This document shows, piece after piece, positions 12,971-26,162 of a stretch of 64,000 bases of DNA. The notes below the pieces were generated by a model. That model was not told where the DNA came from, did not search any database, and saw nothing but the letters and a program-made list of their open reading frames with translations. This DNA is from Torpedo marmorata (Eukaryota): NCBI GenBank assembly GCA_977017645.1, contig OZ360230.1, positions 121,086,001 through 121,150,000 of the forward strand, written 5' to 3'. Within the stretch, counting starts at the first letter, position 1, and the number at the start of each line of letters is the position of its first letter. Position numbers and translations under genes: made by a program.

Positions 12971-13609
12971 GATGAAAGTCCTAGGCAGTCAGTAATTATC
13001 GCACCTGCTGATATGAAACACTGTCCTTCTACCAGCGGAGCACACAATTAATCAGTTTTCCAAAAGTTTAGCAGTGCAGGGAAGGGAGTATGGTGGGAGT
13101 TTCCACAGGAATGTCTGTGCACTGATGACTGCAACGCTCTTCTTCTCGAGCGCAGGGTATATATCCTCCTCCGAGTCAGCCCGATTCTTCTGCAGCCTCA
13201 CGAGTCCCAGGAACCGTTGATGATCTGTGTTCCCCAGTCGTCCTGAGCGAAGGTCCTCGGTTGGGACTGGGCTTTCCGATGATAAGGACCCAACTCCCAC
13301 TGAAGTCCAGAAATGGCTTTGGCAATCTGCCAGCTACTGCTGCTCCACAGCACTCAGGCACAGTCAAAGACCTTGCAGTGCAAAATCTTCTTTCTTCCTC
13401 CAAAAACGACCACCGCTGGGATGAGAATGCACTCCCACACTTTTCAGCGACCTCTGCACTTGCACTTATCAATTTTGAAAACAATAAATTCTTGGTCAAC
13501 GATAGAGCTCAGGCAGTACCGCCGCTCCCACAGTGCGACCCTTCCTTCATAACGGCCCTCCCTTCATAACGACCCTTCCTTCATAACGGCTCTTCTTTCA
13601 TAACGGCCC

Positions 13610-14234
13610 TTTTTTTTAAAATTAAACATTCCATATTTATTTTATAAACAACGTAACTTTACATGAAAACAATGTTACTTGTTCCTTTTTGTGCAACATA
13701 GAATTAAAAAGATGGTGCATAAAAACTAAAATCCTTGGCATGAAAGCAATACTGAAGACGAGATGTTGCACAGGACAAAAACTTTAATTGCCTTTAATTA
13801 ATATTAAACTATATCATCCTTCACAGTAATGGTCTTTAAAAGGAGGTTGAATGTAGCATCCAGAAGTCATCAAGGTTTTAGATGCTCAGCCCAAAGACAG
13901 TGAGGATACAATACATCTCACAGTACAGCTTCCATCAGAATTGTTGTCCCAGTAACAGGAACTTGCTGAGAGCAGACCAGCTCCATTCTTCTGCATTATC
14001 ACAGATGTCACAATGTATTTGAACGGTTTGCCTAGTTTGTTGAGTTGACTGAGACAGAGATCCACCACACTAGTTGTCCACTGGTTAACTGCTTGGTTGA
14101 TACGCATTTCCACCAATTGTAGTCTCTATTGAATCCTTAACAACACCACTGACTTCAACAATAAATTTAGTCTATAAAAGAAATGGCACAGATTAGTTTT
14201 AGTCTTGGAAAGCTTTTGTACGTGGTAGAGATGC
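13610..14234 (-). pseudogene. DYNLT1: DYNLT1 retrocopy, frameshifted
   Basis: Near-identical to 1736-2360. Confidence 0.92.
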
Positions 14235-14291
14235 ACGGCCCTTTGCTTCATAACGGCCCTTCCTTCATAACGGCCTTTCATAATGACCCTC

Positions 14292-16854
14292 CCTCCAATC
14301 GGTAGACTCAGGACCGCCGCAGAGACCCAGTGTTTCCTGTTGCCCCAGAAGAAGTCCACCAACTTCCTCTGGATTCACATGGCAAAGGCAGCAGGTGGGA
14401 CCAAGGTGACCAACCGGTACCATAACATGGAGGCCACCAGCTGGTTGATGACCACCACCCTGCCTTGGTAGGAAAGCACCGCAAGGAGACCTGACCAGCG
14501 TACCAGCCGGGCAGCGATCTTGGCCTCCAGATCCTGCCAGTTCACCAGCCATGTGTCCCCAGTGGGACTCAGGTGAACCCACAAGTAGAAAAGATGCGTG
14601 GTGCTCCACGTAAATGGTTTCATCTCCTCCGGCAGGGATTCCACCCGCCACTGACCCACCAAAAGTCCAGAACATTTAGCCCAATTGATCCTGGCAGAGG
14701 ACGCAGCAGAGAAGACCTGCTGGCACTCCCGCATCCTCCGCAGGTCAACGGGGTCGGTCACCATGAGGAGCACGTCATCAGCATAGGCCGAGAGGACGAC
14801 CTCCATTTCCAGCTCACGTAGAACCATCCCCGTGAACTTCCTCCGAAGAAGACTCAGGAATGGCTCCACACAGATGGTGTACAACTGGCCAGACATGGGG
14901 CATCCCTGACGTACTCCCCTGTGAAAAGGTATGGGGCAATCAAGGATCCGTTCACTTTGATGAGACACTCTGCGGCAGAGTACAAGAGATGAATCCGGGC
15001 AACAAAGTGATGTCCGAACCCAAAAGTCTGCAGAGTACCCACTAGGTAGCTGTGGTCCACCCTATCAAACGCCTTCTCCTGATCCAGGGAGAGAAAGGCT
15101 GCTGATATACCAGTCTCCTGGGACAGATGGATCAGGTCCTGCACCAGATAGATATTGTTCTGGATGGACCGGTCTGGGACGGTGTATGGTCAGGGTGGAC
15201 AACCTGCCCCAGCACAGAGCCCAGACGGTTGGCCAATGCCTGGGCGAAGACCTTGTAGTCCGTGCAGAGGAGAGACACCGGCCGCCAGTTCTTCATCAGG
15301 CGGTGGTCTCCCTTCCTCGGCAGCAGGACCACGACGGCTCTCCGCCACGAGAGGGGCATCTCTCCGGTGGCCAGGCTCTCACCCAGGACACGTGCATAGT
15401 CCTCACCCAGGACATCCCAAAAAGCCCGGAGGAACTCAACAGTCAGGCCGACCAAGCCAGGAGACTTGCCGCTCTTGAGTTGGTGCAGGGCCAGGGACAG
15501 CTCACCCGGTGTCAGGGGAGCATCCAACCTTTCAACTGCCTCCGGATCAACCTTTGGCAGACCCTCCTATAGGACCCTGCGCGCGTCTCCATCTGACGGG
15601 TCAGATGAGAACAAGGCTCCATAAAAAGAGCGGACAGTCAGGAGGATTTCTGCCGGATTTGTGACACAGGAGCCGCTGTCAGACAGCAACTCCACCATCT
15701 GCTTCCGTATTCCCCGGCTCTTCTCCAATGAGAAGAAGAAAGGTGAGACGCGGTCCAAATCATGGAGTAGTTGGATCCGTGACCTCACGTGCGCACCTCG
15801 GGACTGCTTGAGCTGCAGGTTTCTCAACGCATCCTTCTTCCTCTGGTGCTCCTGCCACAGGAATGGATCCCCAGGGGTCAGACCGAGACGAAACAACAAG
15901 TCGAGCACCTCTCTCTCAAGCCGCCCGATCTCGGAGTTCCGGCTCTTGGTCGACCCCCTGATGTACTCCTGACACAGCAGACGAATGTGGGCCTTGCCCA
16001 CATCCCACCACAGCCGCAGGGAGCAGAATTCCTCCCACTGCCCCCTCCAGGTGGTCCAGAACTCCCTGAACGAATCCTGGAATCGGTTGTCCTCCAGCAG
16101 CTGGTTGTTAAAATGCCAAAACACGGACCCCACCTGCGGGCAGGACGGAGTGAAGTCTGCCCAGACGAGATGATGGTCATAGCACGCCACCAGCCGCATG
16201 GAGGCAGCCGACACCCGGGAGACATGCGCCCTGGAGATATACAAACGGTCAATTCGCGAGCCTCCCCCTCCTCCATCCCTCCTTGAGTAAGCACAGGAGT
16301 CTGGGTGGAGGTTCCGCCAGACATCGACCATATCGAAGGAACCCAGTAGCTCCCTCAGCAGCTTCACCGAGGCTCGGCAAGACCGAGGGCCAAAACGATC
16401 CCTGTCCTCGAGGGTGGAGTTAAAATCACCCCCGAGGATAACACATTCGCCCTGGCTAAAAGAAGCCAGCAGGGCGGACACATCTCGAAACAGGTGCGCC
16501 TGTGCCGGGCCGGGCTCCGGGGCGTAAACGTTGACAAGGTGCAACGGTACGCCATCCTGGCGCACGGCCAGATGGAGCAGACGGCCTGGCACCAACTGCT
16601 GAACCGTAAGGATCTCAAGTTGGAAGGTCGGGGCCAACAAAATAGCCACCCCGCTCGAAGTGGAGCTGAGGTGACTCATGTATACCCCTCCCTCACCACT
16701 CCAGGAGCCAGGTGGATTCGTCTCCTGGACCGGTGCGTGTCTCCTGCAGGAAACTCACCGCATATCTCCCTCTCCTAAGGACCGAGAGATGGTGGAACCT
16801 GCGGAGAGACCCCCTTCCGCCGTTGATGTTCAGGCTGGTGTCGGTAATCGTCAT
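14292..16854 (-). pseudogene. Tx1 ORF2 (APE+RT), disrupted
   Basis: EN and RT motifs in 4 fragments. Confidence 0.92.
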
Positions 16855-18907
16855 GACAAGTCACTGGAGACGCCGTCGCCAGAGACCTGGGTTGAGGGAG
16901 AAGAGCTCCTTGCAGAGCCTCCCATCGCTATAAGTGCCAGCAGCAAGGCCTGCAGGAGCGACTTGAAATTGCGCCGCTCATTCCTGGTCAATACTGACTC
17001 TTTCCTCGTCCTTTTAAGGATGTTGTAAATGGACTGAACAACCCCAGGAAGATCCGACCAGCGGGCGGAAGCCAACTGGGCTTTATTCTGTCTCCCCCGG
17101 GTGTCCTCCAGGAACTCCCTCACCTCCCCCACAGTGACGACCGTGGACCCAGAACTGGGGACAAAGAGGTCTGCCAGCTCTGCTTCAAAGGAGTCCTCCT
17201 CGCCGTATCCCGTATCTTTGTCCTCTTCCAGGCAAGCACCCCCACTGGCCGACGTGCCCACTCCTGTCCGCGTGGCAGCGAGCAAGGGAGGCACTGACGC
17301 CCCTTGATCCAGGACCCCGGGTGTGGCAGGGCTTGTGCCCCCTACACCACCACTTCCCAGTACAGGTGACTCACAGACTCTCAATGAGTCCGAACGAAGG
17401 ACACGTGTTGTCTAAGTCGTACCCGCCTCCACACCCTGGTCACCCATCTTCACAGAATGAGCCGGTGACCCATGAACTGAGCGGACTGGTGACCCGGGAG
17501 CCGTCTGTCCCTCGACAGGACCCCTTGCCTCGATAGAGGCCACAAACTGGGCTACCACCCCACCGGGCGACCTTCCTCCTTCAGGTGACCCCTGGATTCT
17601 GGGGCTATCTACGTCACCGGGCGTCGCGCACTCTGGGTGCGTAACCACACCAGACGGTAGGTCCCCTCCCTCCCGCTCAGCGGAATCCCCCACCGGCTCT
17701 GGATATGTTTGCTCAGGAAGTGCTGCCCAGAGGGCAAATCACCACCCTCAAGTGGCCCTGCCGTAACAGGGCCACCCTCTAGCTCCGGGAAGGCACTCTC
17801 CGCGCATGCGGCCTTTACCGGGGGTAAATCCCCTTCCTCAGGTTCCCCCTTTCCCTCTTCTGCGGACACGTGTCTCCTGCGCTTTGTCCCACCTACTTTC
17901 TGAGGCACAGAGACTTCCATCTCTGAGGAATCCTCGGCCTCTGACACCCCATCACCCTCCCCGACTCCCTCAGGCCCCTGTTGACCCCCAGAGACTATAG
18001 GGTCCTCTGGGTCGGGCCTGGAGGAAACCGCCAACTCCTGCTTCTCCAGAGGAGGGGCTTGGAGGTGTTTCGTCTTCCTCCGTGCCTTCCTCCCCTTTGC
18101 AGGAGTCCACCCCTCCCCACTGTCCGGCCCACGCTCTTCCCCAATGCCCTTTTCCCCCACCGCAGGAGGGATATCTCCCCCGGGGGGAGAAACAGCTGGA
18201 GGGGGGACAGCAGAAGAAGGGCCAGCTGCGCCTCCTCGCACCGTCGAGGTGGAGGCAACAGCCCGCCGGTTAGGGCAATCCCTCCGAATGTGCCCATACC
18301 CCTTGCATTCCCGGCACCTCGGACGCCCCGTGGCCCAGTACACGGGATAAGTATTCCCCTCCACGTCCACCTGGAACTGCCCCTCAGCATCCCCTCCCCG
18401 CGCCAACTGCATAAAAACGAGCCTTTTAAAGCCATACAATGACTTATAGCCAGGTATGGCAGGCTTACGCAGCATTGGGGTGATATCCGATTTTATATCC
18501 CCCAGAGATTGCAGGTGAGGGAGAATGGCTGTATCAGGAATATGGGGATACACGGCAGACAGGACCACCTTCTGCACGCGGGCCATCACTGGCTTCACCG
18601 GTATGAAGAGCCCTCCCACCGACAGCCCCTTAGTCAGGGCCAGGGACACCTTTTTAGTGGACCGCAAGAAAAACATTGTCTTCCCGTGAATTTTATCTAC
18701 CGCAACGATACCCTCCTTCCCACCTATAGTCTGAGACAGAGCTTTTAAACCGCCTTCCAGACCGATGGACGGAGGTATATTACATTGTACGGCATTTTCC
18801 AAAGTCATTAATCTGAAGGGTGACACCTTTGCAGGAGCCCCACCTCCAGGAGCTGCAACTGCTGCGTAGGTCCGAGGGGCTGCCATCTTAGAGCGGCAGC
18901 TCGCCAT
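16851..18907 (-). pseudogene. Tx1 ORF1, disrupted
   Basis: 432-aa frameshifted ORF with CCHC knuckle. Confidence 0.9.
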
Positions 18908-19546
18908 GATGAAAGTCCTAGGCAGTCAGTAATTATCGCACCTGCTGATATGAAACACTGTCCTTCTACCAGCGGAGCACACAATTAATCAGTTTTCCAA
19001 AAGTTTAGCAGTGCAGGGAAGGGAGTATGGTGGGAGTTTCCACAGGAATGTCTGTGCACTGATGACTGCAACGCTCTTCTTCTCGAGCGCAGGGTATATA
19101 TCCTCCTCCGAGTCAGCCCGATTCTTCTGCAGCCTCACGAGTCCCAGGAACCGTTGATGATCTGTGTTCCCCAGTCGTCCTGAGCGAAGGTCCTCGGTTG
19201 GGACTGGGCTTTCCGATGATAAGGACCCAACTCCCACTGAAGTCCAGAAATGGCTTTGGCAATCTGCCAGCTATTGCTGCTCCACAGCACTCAGGCACAG
19301 TCAAAGACCTTGTAGTGCAAAATCTTCTTTCTTCCTCCAAAAACGACCACCGCTGGGATGAGAATGCACTCCCACACTTTTCAGCGACCTCTGCACTTGC
19401 ACTTATCAATTTTGAAAACAATAAATTCTTGGTCAACGATAGAGCTCAGGCAGTACCGCCGCTCCCACAGTGCGACCCTTCCTTCATAACGGCCCTCCCT
19501 TCATAACGACCCTTCCTTCATAACGGCTCTTCTTTCATAACGGCCC

Positions 19547-20171
19547 TTTTTTTTAAAATTAAACATTCCATATTTATTTTATAAACAACGTAACTTTACA
19601 TGAAAACAATGTTACTTGTTCCTTTTTGTGCAACATAGAATTAAAAAGATGGTGCATAAAAACTAAAATCCTTGGCATCAAAGCAATACTGAAGACGAGA
19701 TGTTGCACAGGACAAAAACTTTAATTGCCTTTAATTAATATTAAACTATATCATCCTTCACAGTAATGGTCTTTAAAAGGAGGTTGAATGTAGCATCCAG
19801 AAGTCATCAAGGTTTTAGATGCTCAGCCCAAAGACAGTGAGGATACAATACATCTCACAGTACAGCTTCCATCAGAATTGTTGTCCCAGTAACAGGAACT
19901 TGCTGAGAGCAGACCAGCTCCATTCTTCTGCATTATCACAGATGTCACAATGTATTTGAACGGTTTGCCTAGTTTGTTGAGTTGACTGAGACAGAGATCC
20001 ACCACACTAGTTGTCCACTGGTTAACTGCTTGGTTGATACGCATTTCCACCAATTGTAGTCTCTATTGAATCCTTAACAACACCACTGACTTCAACAATA
20101 AATTTAGTCTATAAAAGAAATGGCACAGATTAGTTTTAGTCTTGGAAAGCTTTTGTACGTGGTAGAGATGC
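19547..20171 (-). pseudogene. DYNLT1: DYNLT1 retrocopy, frameshifted
   Basis: Near-identical to 1736-2360. Confidence 0.92.
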
Positions 20172-20228
20172 ACGGCCCTTTGCTTCATAACGGCCCTTCC
20201 TTCATAACGGCCTTTCATAATGACCCTC

Positions 20229-22791
20229 CCTCCAATCGGTAGACTCAGGACCGCCGCAGAGACCCAGTGTTTCCTGTTGCCCCAGAAGAAGTCCACCAAC
20301 TTCCTCTGGATTCACATGGCAAAGGCAGCAGGTGGGACCAAGGTGACCAACCGGTACCATAACATGGAGGCCACCAGCTGGTTGATGACCACCACCCTGC
20401 CTTGGTAGGAAAGCACCGCAAGGAGACCTGACCAGCGTACCAGCCGGGCAGCGATCTTGGCCTCCAGATCCTGCCAGTTCACCAGCCAGGTGTCCCCAGT
20501 GGGACTCAGGTGAACCCACAAGTAGAAAAGATGCGTGGTGCTCCACGTAAATGGTTTCATCTCCTCCGGCAGGGATTCCACCCGCCACTGACCCACCAAA
20601 AGTCCAGAACATTTAGCCCAATTGATCCTGGCAGAGGACGCAGCAGAGAAGACCTGCTGGCACTCCCGCATCCTCCGCAGGTCAACGGGGTCGGTCACCA
20701 TGAGGAGCACGTCATCAGCATAGGCCGAGAGGACGACCTCCATTTCCAGCTCACGTAGAACCATCCCCGTGAACTTCCTCCGAAGAAGACTCAGGAATGG
20801 CTCCACACAGATGGTGTACAACTGGCCAGACATGGGGCATCCCTGACGTACTCCCCTGTGAAAAGGTATGGGGCAATCAAGGATCCGTTCACTTTGATGA
20901 GACACTCTGCGGCAGAGTACAAGAGATGAATCCGGGCAACAAAGTGATGTCCGAACCCAAAAGTCTGCAGAGTACCCACTAGGTAGCTGTGGTCCACCCT
21001 ATCAAACGCCTTCTCCTGATCCAGGGAGAGAAAGGCTGCTGATATACCAGTCTCCTGGGACAGATGGATCAGGTCCTGCACCAGATAGATATTGTTCTGG
21101 ATGGACCGGTCTGGGACGGTGTATGGTCAGGGTGGACAACCTGCCCCAGCACAGAGCCCAGACGGTTGGCCAATGCCTGGGCGAAGACCTTGTAGTCCGT
21201 GCACAGGAGAGACACCGGCCGCCAGTTCTTCAACAGGCGGTGGTCTCCCTTCCTCGGCAGCAGGACCACGACGGCTCTCCGCCACGAGAGGGGCATCTCT
21301 CCGGTGGCCAGGCTCTCACCCAGGACACGTGCATAGTCCTCACCCAGGACATCCCAAAAAGCCCGGAGGAACTCAACAGTCAGGCCGACCAAGCCAGGAG
21401 ACTTGCCGCTCTTGAGTTGGTGCAGGGCCAGGGACAGCTCACCCGGTGTCAGGGGAGCATCCAACCTTTCAACTGCCTCCGGATCAACCTTTGGCAGACC
21501 CTCCTATAGGACCCTGCGCGCGTCTCCATCTGACGGGTCAGATGAGAACAAGGCTCCATAAAAAGAGCGGACAGTCAGGAGGATTTCTGCCGGATTTGTG
21601 ACACAGGAGCCGCTGTCAGACAGCAACTCCACCATCTGCTTCCGTATTCCCCGGCTCTTCTCCAACGAGAAGAAGAAAGGTGAGACGCGGTCCAAATCAT
21701 GGAGTAGTTGGATCCGTGACCTCACGTGCGCACCTCGGGACTGCTTGAGCTGCAGGTTTCTCAACGCATCCTTCTTCCTCTGGTGCTCCTGCCACAGGAA
21801 TGGATCCCCAGGGGTCAGACCGAGACGAAACAACAAGTCGAGCACCTCTCTCTCAAGCCGCCCGATCTCGGAGTTCCGGCTCTTGGTCGACCCCCTGATG
21901 TACTCCTGACACAGCAGACGAATGTGGGCCTTGCCCACATCCCACCACAGCCGCAGGGAGCAGAATTCCTCCCACTGCCCCCTCCAGGTGGTCCAGAACT
22001 CCCTGAACGAATCCTGGAATCGGTTGTCCTCCAGCAGCTGGTTGTTAAAATGCCAAAACACGGACCCCACCTGCGGGCAGGACGGAGTGAAGTCTGCCCA
22101 GACGAGATGATGGTCATAGCACGCCACCAGCCGCATGGAGGCAGCCGACACCCGGGAGACATGCGCCCTGGAGATATACAAACGGTCAATTCGCGAGCCT
22201 CCCCCTCCTCCATCCCTCCTTGAGTAAGCACAGGAGTCCGGGTGGAGGTTCCGCCAGACATCGACCATATCGAAGGAACCCAGTAGCTCCCTCAGCAGCT
22301 TCACCGAGGCTCGGCAAGACCGAGGGCCAAAACGATCCCTGTTCTCGAGGGTGGAGTTAAAATCACCCCCGAGGATAACACATTCGCCCTGGCTAAAAGA
22401 AGCCAGCAGGGCGGACACATCTCGAAACAGATGCGCCTGTGCCGGGCCGGGCTCCGGGGCGTAAACGTTGACAAGGTGCAACGGTACGCCATCCTGGCGC
22501 ACGGCCAGATGGAGCAGACGGCCTGGCACCAACTGCTGAACCGTAAGGATCTCAAGTTGGAAGGTCGGGGCCAACAAAATAGCCACCCCGCTCGAAGTGG
22601 AGCTGAGGTGACTCATGTATACCCCTCCCTCACCACTCCAGGAGCCAGGTGGATTCGTCTCCTGGACCGGTGCGTGTCTCCTGCAGGAAACTCACCGCAT
22701 ATCTCCCTCTCCTAAGGACCGAGAGATGGTGGAACCTGCGGAGAGACCCCCTTCCGCCGTTGATGTTCAGGCTGGTGTCGGTAATCGTCAT
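20229..22791 (-). pseudogene. Tx1 ORF2 (APE+RT), disrupted
   Basis: EN and RT motifs in fragments. Confidence 0.92.
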
Positions 22792-24844
22792 GACAAGTCA
22801 CTGGAGACGCCGTCGCCAGAGACCTGGGTTGAGGGAGAAGAGCTCCTTGCAGAGCCTCCCATCGCTATAAGTGCCAGCAGCAAGGCCTGCAGGAGCGACT
22901 TGAAATTGCGCCGCTCATTCCTGGTCAATACTGACTCTTTCCTCGTCCTTTTAAGGATGTTGTAAATGGACTGAACAACCCCAGGAAGATCCGACCAGCG
23001 GCCGGAAGCCAACTGGGCTTTATTCTGTCTCCCCCGGGTGTCCTCCAGGAACTCCCTCACCTCCCCCACAGTGACGACCGTGGACCCAGAACTGGGGACA
23101 AAGAGGTCTGCCAGCTCTGCTTCAAAGGAGTCCTCCTCGCCGTATCCCGTATCTTTGTCCTCCTCCAGGCAAGCACCCCCACTGGCCGACGTGCCCACTC
23201 CTGTCCGCGTGGCAGCGAGCAAGGGAGGCACTGACGCCCCTTGATCCAGGACCCCGGGTGTGGCAGGGCTTGTGCCCCCTACACCACCACTTCCCAGTAC
23301 AGGTGACTCACAGACTCTCAATGAGTCCGAACGAAGGACACGTGTTGTCTAAGTCGTACCCGCCTCCACACCCTGGTCACCCATCTTCACAGAATGAGCC
23401 GGTGACCCATGAACTGAGCGGACTGGTGACCCGGGAGCCGTCTGTCCCTCGACAGGACCCCTTGCCTCGATAGAGGCCACAAACTGGGCTACCACCCCAC
23501 CGGGCGACCTTCCTCCTTCAGGTGACCCCTGGATTCTGGGGCTATCTACGTCACCGGGCGTCGCGCACTCTGGGTGCGTAACCACACCAGACGGTAGGTC
23601 CCCTCCCTCCCGCTCAGCGGAATCCCCCACCGGCTCTGGATATGTTTGCTCAGGAAGTGCTGCCCAGGGGGCAAATCACCACCCTCAAGTGGCCCTGCCG
23701 TAACAGGGCCACCCTCTAGCTCCGGGAAGGCACTCTCCGCGCATGCGGCCTTTACCGGGGGTAAATCCCCTTCCTCAGGTTCCCCCTTTCCCTCTTCTGC
23801 GGACACGTGTCTCCTGCGCTTTGTCCCACCTACTTTCTGAGGCACAGAGACTTCCATCTCTGAGGAATCCTCGGCCTCTGACACCCCATCACCCTCCCCG
23901 ACTCCCTCAGGCCCCTGTTGACCCCCAGAGACTATAGGGTCCTCTGGGTCGGGCCTGGAGGAAACCGCCGACTCCTGCTTCTCCAGAGGAGGGGCTTGGA
24001 GGTGTTTCGTCTTCCTCCGTGCCTTCCTCCCCTTTGCAGGAGTCCACCCCTCCCCACTGTCCGGCCCACGCTCTTCCCCAATGCCCTTTTCCCCCACCGC
24101 AGGAGGGACATCTCCCCCGAGGGGAGAAACAGCTGGAGGGGGGACAGCAGAAGAAGGGCCAGCTGCGCCTCCTCGCACCGTCGAGGTGGAGGCAACAGCC
24201 CGCCGGTTAGGGCAATCCCTCCGAATGTGCCCATACCCCTAGCATTCCCGGCACCTCGGACGCCCTGTGGCCCAGTACACGGGATAAGTATTCCCCTCCA
24301 CGTCCACCTGGAACTGCCCCTCAGCATCCCCTCCCCGCGCCAACTGCATAAAAACGAGCCTTTTAAAGCCATACAATGACTTATAGCCAGGTATGGCAGG
24401 CTTACGCAGCATTGGGGTGATATCCGATTTTATATCCCCCAGAGATTGCAGGTGAGGGAGAATGGCTGTATCAGGAATATGGGGATACACGGCAGACAGG
24501 ACCACCTTCTGCACGCGGGCCATCACTGGCTTCACCGGTATGAAGAGCCCTCCCACCGACAGCCCCATAGTCAGGGCCAGGGACACCTTTTTAGTGGACC
24601 GCAAGAAAAACATTGTCTTCCCGTGAATTTTATCTACCGCAACGATACCCTCCTTCCCACCTATAGTCTGAGACAGAGCTTTTAAACCGCCTTCCAGACC
24701 GATGGACGGAGGTATATTACATTGTACGGCATTTTCCAAAGTCATTAATCTGAAGGGTGACACCTTTGCAGGAGCCCCACCTCCAGGAGCTGCAACTGCT
24801 GCGTAGGTCCGAGGGGCTGCCATCTTAGAGCGGCAGCTCGCCAT
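22788..24844 (-). pseudogene. Tx1 ORF1, extra stop inside the zinc knuckle (CREC*)
   Basis: 201-aa ORF ending in TAG at 24239. Confidence 0.9.
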
Positions 24845-25480
24845 GATGAAAGTCCTAGGCAGTCAGTAATTATCGCACCTGCTGATATGAAACACTGTCC
24901 TTCTACCAGCGGAGCACACAATTAATCAGTTTTCCAAAAGTTTAGCAGTGCAGGGAAGGGAGTATGGTGGGAGTTTCCACAGGAATGTCTGTGCACTGAT
25001 GACTGCAACGCTCTTCTTCTCGAGCGCAGGGTATATATCCTCCTCCGAGTCAGCCCGATTCTTCTGCAGCCTCACGAGTCCCAGGAACCGTTGATGATCT
25101 GTGTTCCCCAGTCGTCCTGAGCGAAGGTCCTCGGTTGGGACTGGGCTTTCCGATGATAAGGACCCAACTCCCACTGAAGTCCAGAAATGGCTTTGGCAAT
25201 CTGCCAGCTACTGCTGCTCCACAGCACTCAGGCACAGTCAAAGACCTTGCAGTGCAAAATCTTTCTTCCTCCAAAAACGACCACCGCTGGGATGAGAATG
25301 CACTCCCACACTTTTCAGCGACCTCTGCACTTGCACTTATCAATTTTGAAAACAATAAATTCTTGGTCAACGATAGAGCTCAGGCAGTACCGCCGCTCCC
25401 ACAGTGCGACCCTTCCTTCATAACGGCCCTCCCTTCATAACGACCCTTCCTTCATAACGGCTCTTCTTTCATAACGGCCC

Positions 25481-26105
25481 TTTTTTTTAAAATTAAACAT
25501 TCCATATTTATTTTATAAACAACGTAACTTTACATGAAAACAATGTTACTTGTTCCTTTTTGTGCAACATAGAATTAAAAAGATGGTGCATAAAAACTAA
25601 AATCCTTGGCATCAAAGCAATACTGAAGACGAGATGTTGCACAGGACAAAAACTTTAATTGCCTTTAATTAATATTAAACTATTTCATCCTTCACAGTAA
25701 TGGTCTTTAAAAGGAGGTTGAATGTAGCATCCAGAAGTCATCAAGGTTTTAGATGCTCAGCCCAAAGACAGTGAGGATACAATACATCTCACAGTACAGC
25801 TTCCATCAGAATTGTTGTCCCAGTAACAGGAACTTGCTGAGAGCAGACCAGCTCCATTCTTCTGCATTATCACAGATGTCACAATGTATTTGAACGGTTT
25901 GCCTAGTTTGTTGAGTTGACTGAGACAGAGATCCACCACACTAGTTGTCCACTGGTTAACTGCTTGGTTGATACGCATTTCCACCAATTGTAGTCTCTAT
26001 TGAATCCTTAACAATACCACTGACTTCAACAATAAATTTAGTCTATAAAAGAAATGGCACAGATTAGTTTTAGTCTTGGAAAGCTTTTGTACGTGGTAGA
26101 GATGC
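25481..26105 (-). pseudogene. DYNLT1: DYNLT1 retrocopy, frameshifted
   Basis: Near-identical to 1736-2360. Confidence 0.92.
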
Positions 26106-26162
26106 ACGGCCCTTTGCTTCATAACGGCCCTTCCTTCATAACGGCCTTTCATAACGACCCTT

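Larger units (their letters stand above)
8355..13535 (-). mobile_element. Tx1-clade retrotransposon, 3'-truncated (copy 2)
   Basis: Near-identical to copy 1. Confidence 0.93.
14292..19472 (-). mobile_element. Tx1-clade retrotransposon, 3'-truncated (copy 3)
   Basis: Near-identical to copy 1. Confidence 0.93.
20229..25406 (-). mobile_element. Tx1-clade retrotransposon, 3'-truncated (copy 4)
   Basis: Near-identical to copy 1; 3-bp 5'UTR deletion. Confidence 0.93.
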